IMG/VR virus record: IMGVR_UViG_3300009378_000006
Reading direction: 5' to 3' (one strand)
Origin: an uncultured virus (IMG/VR IMGVR_UViG_3300009378_000006)
Taxonomy: Duplodnaviria; Heunggongvirae; Uroviricota; Caudoviricetes
DNA: 64,000 bases
Shown: piece after piece, positions 47,503 through 56,153 of the stretch
How the letters are laid out: every line of letters begins with the position of its first letter
Numbering within the stretch: position 1 is the stretch's first letter
Notes under the pieces: generated by a model
Told to the model about the DNA's origin: nothing
What the model saw: only the letters and a program-made list of their open reading frames with translations
The model's database searches: none
Made by a program: the position numbers and the translations under genes

Positions 47503-48276
47503 ATGCCGGACATCAGTGACGGACAACGCGCAGACATCGGTCTCAGCGAGTTCACCCCCACCATCGAGCAGACGGCGGAGCAGATCGCCGTCGGCTACTT
47601 CTGGCACGACGTGGCCGGTGGCGCCAACGCCGGCCGCCCGGCCGACCAGGTCCAGTACTCCATCGGTGGCCGCCTCTACGAGGTGGACAAGAACGCCACC
47701 CCGCTCGACGGCGGCGGCGACGTCTCCATCGACTGCAACGCCGCGGCCAACCTCGCCGACGACATCGACGCGGCCGTGCTCGCCATCAACAACGATGGTT
47801 CCACCAACGTGATCGCGTGGAACATCGACGACATCATCCTGGCCGTGGCCAACGACCAGAACACGGGCTCCGCTGGCAACGGCCTGGCCCTGGCCGACGT
47901 CGGCGACGCTGGTGCGGACGTGCTCCCGGTCACGGGAGGCGTCACCGTCGACGGTGACGACCCCGAGGACGTCACGGTCTACGAGGGCAAGCACGCCGTC
48001 GAGCTCAGCGACGTGGGTGCCTGGGCGGCCGCGGGCCCGGCCTACACGCCCATCAACTACTTCGAGGTCCCCGCAGGCACCACGCCCACCGTGGACTTCA
48101 TGCAGGTGTGGTCGGCGACCGGCCAGATGCGGAACCCCGAGGCGATCATCGGTCCCGTCCACCTGACCCACCGCCTGGTCAACGTGGCCGGGGACTTCTA
48201 CTCGCTGGAGGTGTACGACGAGGTGGGCACCCTGGTGGCCACCGACATCATCAGCTGGAAGGTCACGGCTCGCTAG
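47503..48276 (+). CDS. Virion structural protein, related to the C-terminal half of 46122..47489
   Basis: SD AAGGAG; YSIGGRLY vs FTINGRSY; both end with ATDI[IV]S. Confidence 0.6.
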   Translation: MPDISDGQRADIGLSEFTPTIEQTAEQIAVGYFWHDVAGGANAGRPADQVQYSIGGRLYEVDKNATPLDGGGDVSIDCNAAANLADDIDAAVLAINNDGSTNVIAWNIDDIILAVANDQNTGSAGNGLALADVGDAGADVLPVTGGVTVDGDDPEDVTVYEGKHAVELSDVGAWAAAGPAYTPINYFEVPAGTTPTVDFMQVWSATGQMRNPEAIIGPVHLTHRLVNVAGDFYSLEVYDEVGTLVATDIISWKVTAR

Positions 48277-48288
48277 AGGAGGTAGCCC

Positions 48289-49020
48289 ATGGGCTCCATC
48301 GGTGACTGGAGGCCGTACGAGAACTACGTACAGGATGGCCTCGTCGACGGTCGCTTCATGTCAGCGGCCTTCACGCTCCTGGCCGCAGGTCCTCCGCGCC
48401 TCTCCGCTCTCGGTGGAGCCAGTGGTGCCGAAGACCTCGCAGGGGCAGCAGCAGGTGGGTCCCAGGGTGGGACCGAGCTGGTGCACCCCATCGGCGTCGT
48501 GCAGAACATCAGCCTCGCCCAGAACCGGCAGTTCAGCCGGTTCTGGGAGGTGGGCTCGGAGCGGAGCTACTTCGTGTCCGGCCGCACCATGGGGCAGATC
48601 GGGCTGAGCCGGGTCCTGTACCACGGCCCCAGCCTCCTGCGCGTGCTGTACGGGTACTACCAGGACACCGAGGGGACCACGCAGTTCCCCGCGCTGTTCA
48701 ACAACCCCGGCATCACGGGCGTGGCCAACCCCCACGACGTGAAGGTCGCTCCCGGCCACAAGAACGTCTTCCTGAACCTCGCCTCCGACCTCTTCAGCCA
48801 GCCCATCGGGCTGATGCTGTACCTCCGGGACAGCAACGAGGAGACCCTGGGCGCGGTGTACCTCGAGGCCTGCTACATCCCGACCCACAACATGGCGACG
48901 GACGCGCAGGGCGTGGTGATGCAGGAGAACGTGACCATCCAGTACGAGCGGATGATCCCCGTGGCCGTCGGCGCCATCAACCTCATCGAGGGCATCTACG
49001 GGCAGGAGGTCCTGTCGTAG
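48289..49020 (+). CDS. Tail tube protein
   Basis: IGVVQNISLAQNR...WEVGS.RSYFV.GR, YLEACYI..H, VMQENVTIQYER. Confidence 0.7.
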   Translation: MGSIGDWRPYENYVQDGLVDGRFMSAAFTLLAAGPPRLSALGGASGAEDLAGAAAGGSQGGTELVHPIGVVQNISLAQNRQFSRFWEVGSERSYFVSGRTMGQIGLSRVLYHGPSLLRVLYGYYQDTEGTTQFPALFNNPGITGVANPHDVKVAPGHKNVFLNLASDLFSQPIGLMLYLRDSNEETLGAVYLEACYIPTHNMATDAQGVVMQENVTIQYERMIPVAVGAINLIEGIYGQEVLS

Positions 49021-50127
49021 ATGCTGGAGAAGCAGGCAGAGGCCGACCGCCGAGCAGCGGTCTGCTTGATGGCTGACTCCGCTGGCCGCGTGCTGGCGAG
49101 GGACTTCTCCGACTCCACCCTCGCGGACTCCGTCCTCCTCGAGAAGATGTCCTCGGCGCAGGCCGAGGCTCTCGCGACAGTCTGTCGCACCAAGCTGGCT
49201 GCCGGCATCGAGCCCACCGAGCTGGAGAAGCAGGCCTTCGTCGGCTCGCTCTCCGGTTCCCTGGCCGTCGGCAAGCACATGATGCGCGGTGCAGGACGAG
49301 GGTGGGGTGAGGGGTTCAAGCTCACCACCAAGCTCCGCAACATGCTCGGTGGGGCGTCCAAGGCACGCACCAGCGCCGTCAAGGCGGTGGAGCGCGGTGA
49401 GAGGCAGGCCCTCGACGCCGGCCTGAGCCGGAGTGCCTGGAAGAACGTCTCCCCCGTCACGAAGACCCCCATGGTGGCCTCACCCGCCAGGGTGCCTCAT
49501 GCGAGGCCTCCGGCCAAGGCACCGGCAGCTCCTGCCTCCTCAGCGAAGCCTCCCGCGGCTCCGGCCGCGGCAGCGAAGGAAGCCCCCACCCCGCTCATGC
49601 AGGGAACCCTGGGTGCTGGAGCTCGCGGTGCTGGTTGGGGCGGCCTGGGTGGTGCTGGCGTGGGTGCCGCAGGTGGTGCCGCCGTCGGCGCCGGGACCGC
49701 CGAGGAAGGACATCGCCTGCGCGGTGCCCTCGTCGGTGGAGCCCTCGGCGCCACAGGCGGTGCAGCCCTCGGAGCTACCGGAGGCGCGGCCATCGGCATG
49801 GGGCGGCAGATGAGCCGCAACGCCGCAGGTGCCGCAGCCAAGGGTGGCCAGCAGGCAGGTCAGCAGGCGGCCCAGAAGGGAACCCAGCAGGCCGCTCAGG
49901 CGACGGAGGCCGCGGTGCCCCAGAACCTGAGCACCGAGGTCGCCGGCGACGTGGCCAAGAAGGGGCTGAGCCCGATGCACTACGGTCTCGGGGCCCTGGG
50001 CCTCGGCGCGGCCGGCACCGGCGCCTACTTCGCAGGCCGGGGCTACCTCAACCGCCGCAAGCAGCTCCAGCAGGGCGTCCAGCAGTACCCGCAGCCGATG
50101 ATGGCTCCCCCGGCACATTACAGCTAA
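49021..50127 (+). CDS. Gly-zipper cargo-like protein with EKQA motifs
   Basis: LEKQA x2, EKMSS, KLAAG; long GxxxG runs. Confidence 0.7.
   Translation: MLEKQAEADRRAAVCLMADSAGRVLARDFSDSTLADSVLLEKMSSAQAEALATVCRTKLAAGIEPTELEKQAFVGSLSGSLAVGKHMMRGAGRGWGEGFKLTTKLRNMLGGASKARTSAVKAVERGERQALDAGLSRSAWKNVSPVTKTPMVASPARVPHARPPAKAPAAPASSAKPPAAPAAAAKEAPTPLMQGTLGAGARGAGWGGLGGAGVGAAGGAAVGAGTAEEGHRLRGALVGGALGATGGAALGATGGAAIGMGRQMSRNAAGAAAKGGQQAGQQAAQKGTQQAAQATEAAVPQNLSTEVAGDVAKKGLSPMHYGLGALGLGAAGTGAYFAGRGYLNRRKQLQQGVQQYPQPMMAPPAHYS
49174..49188. promoter_or_regulatory. Palindrome copy 6
   Basis: GCGACAGTCTGTCGC, perfect. Confidence 0.8.
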
Positions 50128-50132
50128 CAGAA

Positions 50133-50168
50133 GGGCGCACGAGGCGCCCACGGACGGCGGATGCCGTC
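50133..50168. terminator. Two short hairpins at the convergence of plus- and minus-strand blocks
   Basis: GGGCGC-ACGAG-GCGCCC and GACGGC-GGAT-GCCGTC. Confidence 0.35.
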
Positions 50169-50248
50169 ACTTCTGCTTGTAGGGCAGGTCGCTCCAGTCT
50201 GCGGCAGCGCACCTGAGCTTGGGGCCGAGCTTGCACAGCTTCCGGCCG

Positions 50249-50476
50249 TCAGGGGTCCGGTCGATGTCCGGGCAGTCCCCGATGTCCTCGCGAACGCACA
50301 GCCTCTGCGGTCTCTTGCCGGGCAAGGTACCGGAAGTGAGCCTGGCAGATGGCATCGACGAGCTCGCTGAGCTCGACGCGGCGCCCGACCGCATCACTCA
50401 TCTCCCTCTTGAGGCGGTTGAGTCCCCTCATCGTCTCCGGCTGGAGCTGCAGGCTCACGCGATACGGGCTCGTCAT
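50249..50476 (-). CDS. Possible ribbon-helix-helix protein
   Basis: RVSLQLQPETMRGLNRL...VELSELVDAIC; overlaps the neighbouring gene, so the call is uncertain. Confidence 0.35.
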   Translation of the reverse strand: MTSPYRVSLQLQPETMRGLNRLKREMSDAVGRRVELSELVDAICQAHFRYLARQETAEAVRSRGHRGLPGHRPDP

Positions 50477-50936
50477 CGGGGATGGTCCTCCGGAGCCACA
50501 CGATGGTGGTGGCCGGGTTGGTGACCTCGGCGAAGTCCGGGTTGTTCTGGAACCGAGCCAGGGTCTCGCCGAAGTCCTCGCCATCGGCGAAGGTGAGCAG
50601 CCGGTCGGTGTGGCAGCCCATCACCCGGTAGGGCAGCAGGCGGCTCCCCTGGTAGACGCTGTGGGTCGGACCGACCTCCGCGTTGCCGGGGATCAGGATG
50701 GTGCGCGCCCCGTGGTCCAGGGCGCTCATGTCGCGGATGGACAGCTGGAGCTGGTCGAACTCGACCACGGAGTGGTGGTGCAGGGCGACGAACTCGGGCT
50801 CCTTCACCTCGGGCGGCTCCTCGGCGAAGACGGCCGCGGCGCTGAGGTCCTGGGCCAGGCGGTGGATGAGCCAGAGCTGGTCGGCCACGCTGAGGCGCTG
50901 TGCGTCGCGCAGAACGGTTTCGGTTACAGGTGCCAT
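50394..50936 (-). CDS. Hypothetical protein
   Basis: SD GAGGAG; high GC3. Confidence 0.65.
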   Translation of the reverse strand: MAPVTETVLRDAQRLSVADQLWLIHRLAQDLSAAAVFAEEPPEVKEPEFVALHHHSVVEFDQLQLSIRDMSALDHGARTILIPGNAEVGPTHSVYQGSRLLPYRVMGCHTDRLLTFADGEDFGETLARFQNNPDFAEVTNPATTIVWLRRTIPDDEPVSREPAAPAGDDEGTQPPQEGDE

Positions 50937-50944
50937 GTCTCTCC

Positions 50945-52978
50945 TCAGTGCCTCGTCCGAAGATACTCCACGAACTGCTTGCGGACCAGCTGAACGAGGG
51001 CGTCACAGATGTCGTCGGAGGTCTTCGCCCGCTCCCAGAACTTGGGGTGGCCGAAGACGCGGTTGGCGGACTTGTCGTCCAGGCGGCCGATGACCATGCC
51101 GAAGGTCCCGACGTGGTTGTGCCGGGCCTCGGCGACGTTGCGGGCGCAGAAGGTGTACAGCAGGTCGGTGGAGACGCTCTTGCCCCGGAAGTCGTGGTAG
51201 ACGGGCGCGCCGTCGGTGAGCACGAACATCCGCCGGACCTTGTCGTGCAGCATGCACTGCCTGGCCCCGACCTTGATGGCCTCGTGCATGGGGGTGAGCC
51301 CCCAGGCCTCGACGCCCCTGGCCGTGCCGTTGAGCTTGGGATCCACGCGGAACAGGTCCACCTGGCCCTTCTCCTTCTGGGTGAACAGCCACTTCTCGAT
51401 GTGCACGAAGGGGAACTCCATGGCGATGCGGAGCATCTTCTCGGCCTTCTCCACCGCGGCGAACTTGTGGTTGTTCATGGACCCGCTGGCGTCGCAGACG
51501 ATGAGGCCGTAGAAGCCCGGGCCGGGCTCCTCGAACTCGAACACCTCGGTGACAGTGGGGTCGAGCTTGCGGTCGATGAGCGCCTGGACGTTGGGCTCGT
51601 CGCCGTCGTCCTCGAGGGAGTGGCGCTTCTGGCCGAGGATCTTGACGAACTCGACCTTCATGCTCTGCGCGCGCTTCTTCTCCTCGTCGGTGAGCTCCAC
51701 CGGCGCGCCCAGCTCCTCGCGGCCGACGTCGTGGAAGGCGATCTTGCACTTGCTGCCCTTGGTCAGCCAGTCGTCGGTGGACACGTTCTGCACGTGGGAG
51801 CGCGCCTGCTCGACGCGCCGGACCATCTCGTCCCGGCCCACCTCGAGGGCGAAGTCGAACTCCTCGTTGTGGTGGGGGTTGACCTGCAGCGACTGGTTGA
51901 CCAGCGCGTGGGCCTTGCTGAGCTTCTGCTTGTTGCGCTTCTGGAAGTCGTTGGGGACGACGTCGCCGTGGCGCTCGGTGTCGCGGCCGGGCTTCTTGTC
52001 GTTCTTGCTCATGGCCGTGAGCAGGCCGAGCATGGTGGCTCGGCGCTTGTCCACGCTCTTGACGTCGGGCTTCTGCTTGCCCTGCTTGGGGTCCTGCTGG
52101 CCCTTGCCCTTCCCCTGTCCTCCCTGCTGAGGCTTCGGGTCCTGACCCTGGGGGTCCTTCTGCTTGCCGTCGTCCAGAGCTGCGGCGGCCATCGCCTGTG
52201 CGGCGCGGGCCTTGGTGCTGCTGGCGCTGGGGAACGGGTTCTGGATGGCCTTCTGCTGCTCCTCGAGCTGGTCCAGGAGCACGTTGAGGATGCGGTCCAT
52301 GGTCTGGCGCACGACGATGAGGCACCCCTCGAAGTCCACGGTCTCCACCTTGCGGAAGCCGTCCTCGAGCACGGGCCGGATGGCCAGGAACTCCGGCCGG
52401 GGGTCGGTGACCTCGTCACCCAGGCCGGCCGAGACGCACAGGGCGTAGTCGAAGAACTGCCGGTTGGCCTCGCCGGAGGCGATGCGGTCGCGGTCCAGGC
52501 GCTGCCACCGCCGGCGGAGCGTGTCGTCGTCGCCGGGGTAGATGCGCCCCCACAGCGCGGAGCAGCGATGGTCGTCGAAGACGTTGATGAGGAAGCGGGT
52601 GAGCTCCTTGAACTGCTCCTCGAAGGAGGGCTGGGTCACGATGGGGGATCCCGCCAGCTTGAATCGCAGGATGAGCCTGGCGGTGTAGTCGTCGACGAAG
52701 ATGTCCCTGGCCAGCATGTTGCTGCCGAAGTACCAGTGGCTGAGCTCGTGGACGGTGATGATGTAGGCCTCGGGGTCGTGCAGCGGCACGTAGAGGTACC
52801 GCTCGCAGTCGGTCATCCCCTGGGCACCCTGCTTGAGCCAGATGGTGGCGTCCATGAGGCCGGCGAAGATGTCGCAGACCCGGCGGCACAGCTCGCGCGT
52901 GCGCCACTGGGGGATCTGCAGGCACTTGGGCAGGGAGAGGAAGATCTCCCCAGTCGAGGCCGGGTGAGCTCCGCTCAC
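50945..52978 (-). CDS. VWA (MIDAS) domain protein, NorD/CobT-like partner of a MoxR ATPase
   Basis: LIVCDASGSM, TPMHEAI, VLTDGAP; Gln/Lys-rich linker. Confidence 0.85.
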   Translation of the reverse strand: MSGAHPASTGEIFLSLPKCLQIPQWRTRELCRRVCDIFAGLMDATIWLKQGAQGMTDCERYLYVPLHDPEAYIITVHELSHWYFGSNMLARDIFVDDYTARLILRFKLAGSPIVTQPSFEEQFKELTRFLINVFDDHRCSALWGRIYPGDDDTLRRRWQRLDRDRIASGEANRQFFDYALCVSAGLGDEVTDPRPEFLAIRPVLEDGFRKVETVDFEGCLIVVRQTMDRILNVLLDQLEEQQKAIQNPFPSASSTKARAAQAMAAAALDDGKQKDPQGQDPKPQQGGQGKGKGQQDPKQGKQKPDVKSVDKRRATMLGLLTAMSKNDKKPGRDTERHGDVVPNDFQKRNKQKLSKAHALVNQSLQVNPHHNEEFDFALEVGRDEMVRRVEQARSHVQNVSTDDWLTKGSKCKIAFHDVGREELGAPVELTDEEKKRAQSMKVEFVKILGQKRHSLEDDGDEPNVQALIDRKLDPTVTEVFEFEEPGPGFYGLIVCDASGSMNNHKFAAVEKAEKMLRIAMEFPFVHIEKWLFTQKEKGQVDLFRVDPKLNGTARGVEAWGLTPMHEAIKVGARQCMLHDKVRRMFVLTDGAPVYHDFRGKSVSTDLLYTFCARNVAEARHNHVGTFGMVIGRLDDKSANRVFGHPKFWERAKTSDDICDALVQLVRKQFVEYLRTRH

Positions 52979-53034
52979 ACCGGACCTGCGACGAGGTAGA
53001 GGAAGATGTAGAACAGTCCGATCAGGATGAACAC
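52975..53034 (-). CDS. 19-aa hydrophobic micropeptide
   Basis: GTG start overlaps the upstream TAG; TGA overlaps the VWA gene GTG; MFILIGLFYIFLYLVAGPV. Confidence 0.45.
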   Translation of the reverse strand: MFILIGLFYIFLYLVAGPV

Positions 53035-53420
53035 TAGTAGGCCTCCGGGTGGCACGCAGGGCATGCCTGGGTTCGCTCTTCGGTGAATGGGCCAGGCACC
53101 TTGCCGTAGCCCTGGCACTTGGCGCAGCCCACCCTGGACTGCTCGCCCGACCTGGGCTTGAAGTGGATGGCGACGTCGAGGTTCACCTGCCACTCGGCGC
53201 CGCAGCCCTTGTCCTCCTCGTCGGGCCAGCAGGAGAAGTACACGGTGGGATCCAGCCCACCGGGGATGTAGTCGTCTCCGAGGTCGACCTCGTGTACGTA
53301 CCCGCAGGTGGGGCAGGGGCACCGGATGGTCACCCCCTCGACGTAGCAGCGCTTGACCTCGGGGAGCTGGGTGGCGACCCCGAGGACCTCGACCTTGTCG
53401 ATGGCGAGGGGCTCAGCCAC
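53034..53420 (-). CDS. Cys-rich Zn-finger protein
   Basis: CPCPTC, CAKCQG.G...CPAC. Confidence 0.65.
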   Translation of the reverse strand: MAEPLAIDKVEVLGVATQLPEVKRCYVEGVTIRCPCPTCGYVHEVDLGDDYIPGGLDPTVYFSCWPDEEDKGCGAEWQVNLDVAIHFKPRSGEQSRVGCAKCQGYGKVPGPFTEERTQACPACHPEAY

Positions 53421-53892
53421 AGCTCGTGACCAGGAACAGCGTGGGCTTGGTGTGGATGTCGTGGCGTTGCAACCACTCGGCCACCTCCCGGTAGGCCTCG
53501 ATGGTCACCTTGAACGGCCGGAGGTCCTTGCCTGACTCGATGATGTCGTCGTCCTCCACCAGGACCAGGCCGAGGACCTCCTCCGCGTCGTCCCACTCGG
53601 AGTTGCCAGCGGTGTGCAGGACCTCGCGGTCTCCCCACGAGGGGGCGTCCTCCTCGAGCATCCTCTCGAACTCGTACATCTCGAAGTCCTCGTTCTCGAC
53701 CTCTTCGCTCTTGCGCACGTGCGCAGTCGGAGCACCACAGGTGCTGCAGAAGTCGCCGGAGGCCTTGTGCCTCTTGTCCTTGGTGCAGACGTACTCCACC
53801 CAGGCCTCGGTCTTGTGCGTGAGGGACCTGGGGATCATGCTCTCGTCGAACTTCACACCCAGGACCACTGCGGCTCTGAAGGTCACTCCCAT
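53413..53892 (-). CDS. Hypothetical Zn-ribbon protein
   Basis: FCSTCGAP; tightly packed operon. Confidence 0.65.
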   Translation of the reverse strand: MGVTFRAAVVLGVKFDESMIPRSLTHKTEAWVEYVCTKDKRHKASGDFCSTCGAPTAHVRKSEEVENEDFEMYEFERMLEEDAPSWGDREVLHTAGNSEWDDAEEVLGLVLVEDDDIIESGKDLRPFKVTIEAYREVAEWLQRHDIHTKPTLFLVTSCG

Positions 53893-54948
53893 CTATCTCA
53901 TCCTCTCATCCCAGCAGCACTCGCCGTACCACTGGTCGGTTCCGTCCTTGTTCACGTAGTGGGCCGTCCGGCCCGAGGTCTTCTTCTTGCAGCCGCCGCA
54001 GGTGAGCAGCAGGGTCCTGGGGGGCATGCCCGCATCCAGTTCCGCCGCGGTGAGGATGTCCTCCTCGGTCCAGCCGCAGGACAGCAGGTACTCCACCTGC
54101 TCGTCGAGGCCGCCGTTGTTGATGCTGGCACGCTGCCTGGACTTCTCCTGGTCCATGGCGCCGTCGAGGTGCTCGGCCTCGATGTGGTTGCGCTCCAGGA
54201 ACTGGACGATGGCGGTGGCGAGGCCAGAGTTGTCGGGTGGCCCCTCGGCGTCGATGTGCTGGATCTGCTGGATGAGGTATGCCCGCTGCTCGGGGTCGTT
54301 GAGGGCGTACTCCTGGGCGGCGACGTCGTCGTCGAACTGGGCGCACGTGTCGCACCGCTGGATGGACCAGCCGCGGTTGGAGTCGAAGAGGTCCCAGCCC
54401 CGGCAGCCCGGGTCGCAGTCGTGGCCCTCGTCGAGGGAGGCGAACCCCTCGGTGGGGGCGAAGGCCGCGGCCTCGCACTCGGCCAGAGCCTTGCCGTGAG
54501 GCAGCTGCTCCTTGAACCGCGCCTCGAGGGACAGCTTGATGTCGCCGGTGACGCCGAGGATCAGTGTGTCGCCCTCGTTGGACAGCACGTCGTAGTGGAT
54601 GTCGGTCATCAGGGGGTGGCCACAGCGCGCAGCCATGGTCTCCAGCACCGTCTCGACGTCGTGGCCGATGAACTCGGAGAGCTCCATCTTGATGGTGTAG
54701 GCGCGGTGGGTGTTCTCCTCGGGGATCCCGAGCTCCTTGATGATGGGGCGGTCCGGGCCATCCCCGTCGTAGTAGTCGACCAGGAAGCGGTCGCCGTTGG
54801 GCATGGTGCACTCGAAGGCGTGCCGGTTGCCGGGGTCGCGCATCTGCTCCTCAGCTCGAGCACACGCCACCTGGAGGGCGTCCTCGGTGGTGTACTGCTC
54901 GTCTACGTCGAAGACGTCGGCAGCCCACTCGACGCGGATGTCTGGCAT
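53893..54948 (-). CDS. Mosaic hypothetical protein with CxxC motifs
   Basis: CRG...IQRCDTC; acidic; SD GAGGAG. Confidence 0.7.
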   Translation of the reverse strand: MPDIRVEWAADVFDVDEQYTTEDALQVACARAEEQMRDPGNRHAFECTMPNGDRFLVDYYDGDGPDRPIIKELGIPEENTHRAYTIKMELSEFIGHDVETVLETMAARCGHPLMTDIHYDVLSNEGDTLILGVTGDIKLSLEARFKEQLPHGKALAECEAAAFAPTEGFASLDEGHDCDPGCRGWDLFDSNRGWSIQRCDTCAQFDDDVAAQEYALNDPEQRAYLIQQIQHIDAEGPPDNSGLATAIVQFLERNHIEAEHLDGAMDQEKSRQRASINNGGLDEQVEYLLSCGWTEEDILTAAELDAGMPPRTLLLTCGGCKKKTSGRTAHYVNKDGTDQWYGECCWDERMR

Positions 54949-55364
54949 GGGGTCTCCTCTCTCGGGGCCACGGTGACGAGGTGGGGGCCCTTGCCCCCAC
55001 GGTCCGCCCTGTCCCTCTCGTACAGCACCTCGACGGTGCAGGGTTCGGTGATCAGCTGGGGCAGGACCTCCTCGAGGAACACGTCGATCTCATCGCCGTA
55101 GTTCTTCAGGCTGCACACGACGTCCCAGACGCCGTCCACGACCTTCCTCGTGTTGTCTCCCCACTCTGGGGGCATGTAGCAGACGGCGCCGCGGGGGATG
55201 AAGTCCCGGCGGCCGATCTTCGACCACTGCGGAATCTCCAGCTCCGGGGTGTCAGCTGCGATGTCGCTCCAGCTCGGCCACGGGTCCTTGTCCAGCCTGT
55301 CGGCTACTCGGGCACCCAGCTCGTTGAGCTTGGCGGTGAAGCGGACGCCGGTGTAGTCGCCCAT
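54903..55364 (-). CDS. Hypothetical protein
   Basis: MGDYTGVRF...CSLKNY..EI..FL. Confidence 0.65.
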   Translation of the reverse strand: MGDYTGVRFTAKLNELGARVADRLDKDPWPSWSDIAADTPELEIPQWSKIGRRDFIPRGAVCYMPPEWGDNTRKVVDGVWDVVCSLKNYGDEIDVFLEEVLPQLITEPCTVEVLYERDRADRGGKGPHLVTVAPREETPCQTSASSGLPTSST

Positions 55365-55876
55365 CAGGTCCTCCCGTACTTCTTGTTGAGGCGGTCGCGC
55401 TCAGCGCGCTCCCGCTTGCGCTTGACCTCCTCGTCCGCCGCGGACCACACGGTGCCGAAGGTGGCGCCGTGGATGTCGACGACGGCCCAGCCGCCGCCGA
55501 AGCTGCCCAGCAGGGGCCGGGTGCAGGTCCCTGCCCAGGTCATCTTCCAGACCATCTTCGGGCGGAACTTCTTGATGAAGGCGTGCACGAACTCGGTGAC
55601 GTGCTCCGCTCGGAAGCAGCCGCCATCGTCGTACATCCATACGCCCTCGGCGTCGACCTCCCAGGTGAAGCGCGGCCAGTCGTCGTCCTCGATGAGGGTG
55701 GGTTCGATGTGCTCCAGGAGGAAGGCTGTTTCCTCGTCCCCCTCCTGCTTGATGGTTTCGGCATCCCAGCCGCCGGTGGAGTCCACGGGGCGCAGGATCT
55801 TCTCGACCCACGCCTTCTCCTCGTCAGTCAGCTCCACGATGAGCTGGTCGCTGAATTGCTCGTAGTAGTCAGCCAT
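55364..55876 (-). CDS. Hypothetical protein (MADYYEQFS...)
   Basis: SD GAGGAG; WAGTCTRP..GSFGGG. Confidence 0.7.
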   Translation of the reverse strand: MADYYEQFSDQLIVELTDEEKAWVEKILRPVDSTGGWDAETIKQEGDEETAFLLEHIEPTLIEDDDWPRFTWEVDAEGVWMYDDGGCFRAEHVTEFVHAFIKKFRPKMVWKMTWAGTCTRPLLGSFGGGWAVVDIHGATFGTVWSAADEEVKRKRERAERDRLNKKYGRT

Positions 55877-56153
55877 CGTCGTTCTCCTCGTCCTGGCACG
55901 GGTAGCAGTCGCAGCACTCACACAGCTCGTTGCCGTGCTCGTCCAGACCCATGAACTCCGGTGCGCTCCGCTGCTCGATGAGCAGCTTGGCCATCTCGGC
56001 GGGTGTGACCTTGATGCACTCCTGGGTCTTCACGTCCCCGGAGAACGCGCCCGTCTCGGCCTCGGTCAGGCACTCCTTGAGGTCTGCGTCGCCGAGGTCC
56101 TCGTCCTGGGACAGGATCTCGACCACGAACGTGGTCTTGTAGTAGTCAGCCAT
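55869..56153 (-). CDS. Hypothetical protein (MADYYKTTF...)
   Basis: Coupled ORF in the operon. Confidence 0.65.
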   Translation of the reverse strand: MADYYKTTFVVEILSQDEDLGDADLKECLTEAETGAFSGDVKTQECIKVTPAEMAKLLIEQRSAPEFMGLDEHGNELCECCDCYPCQDEENDDG

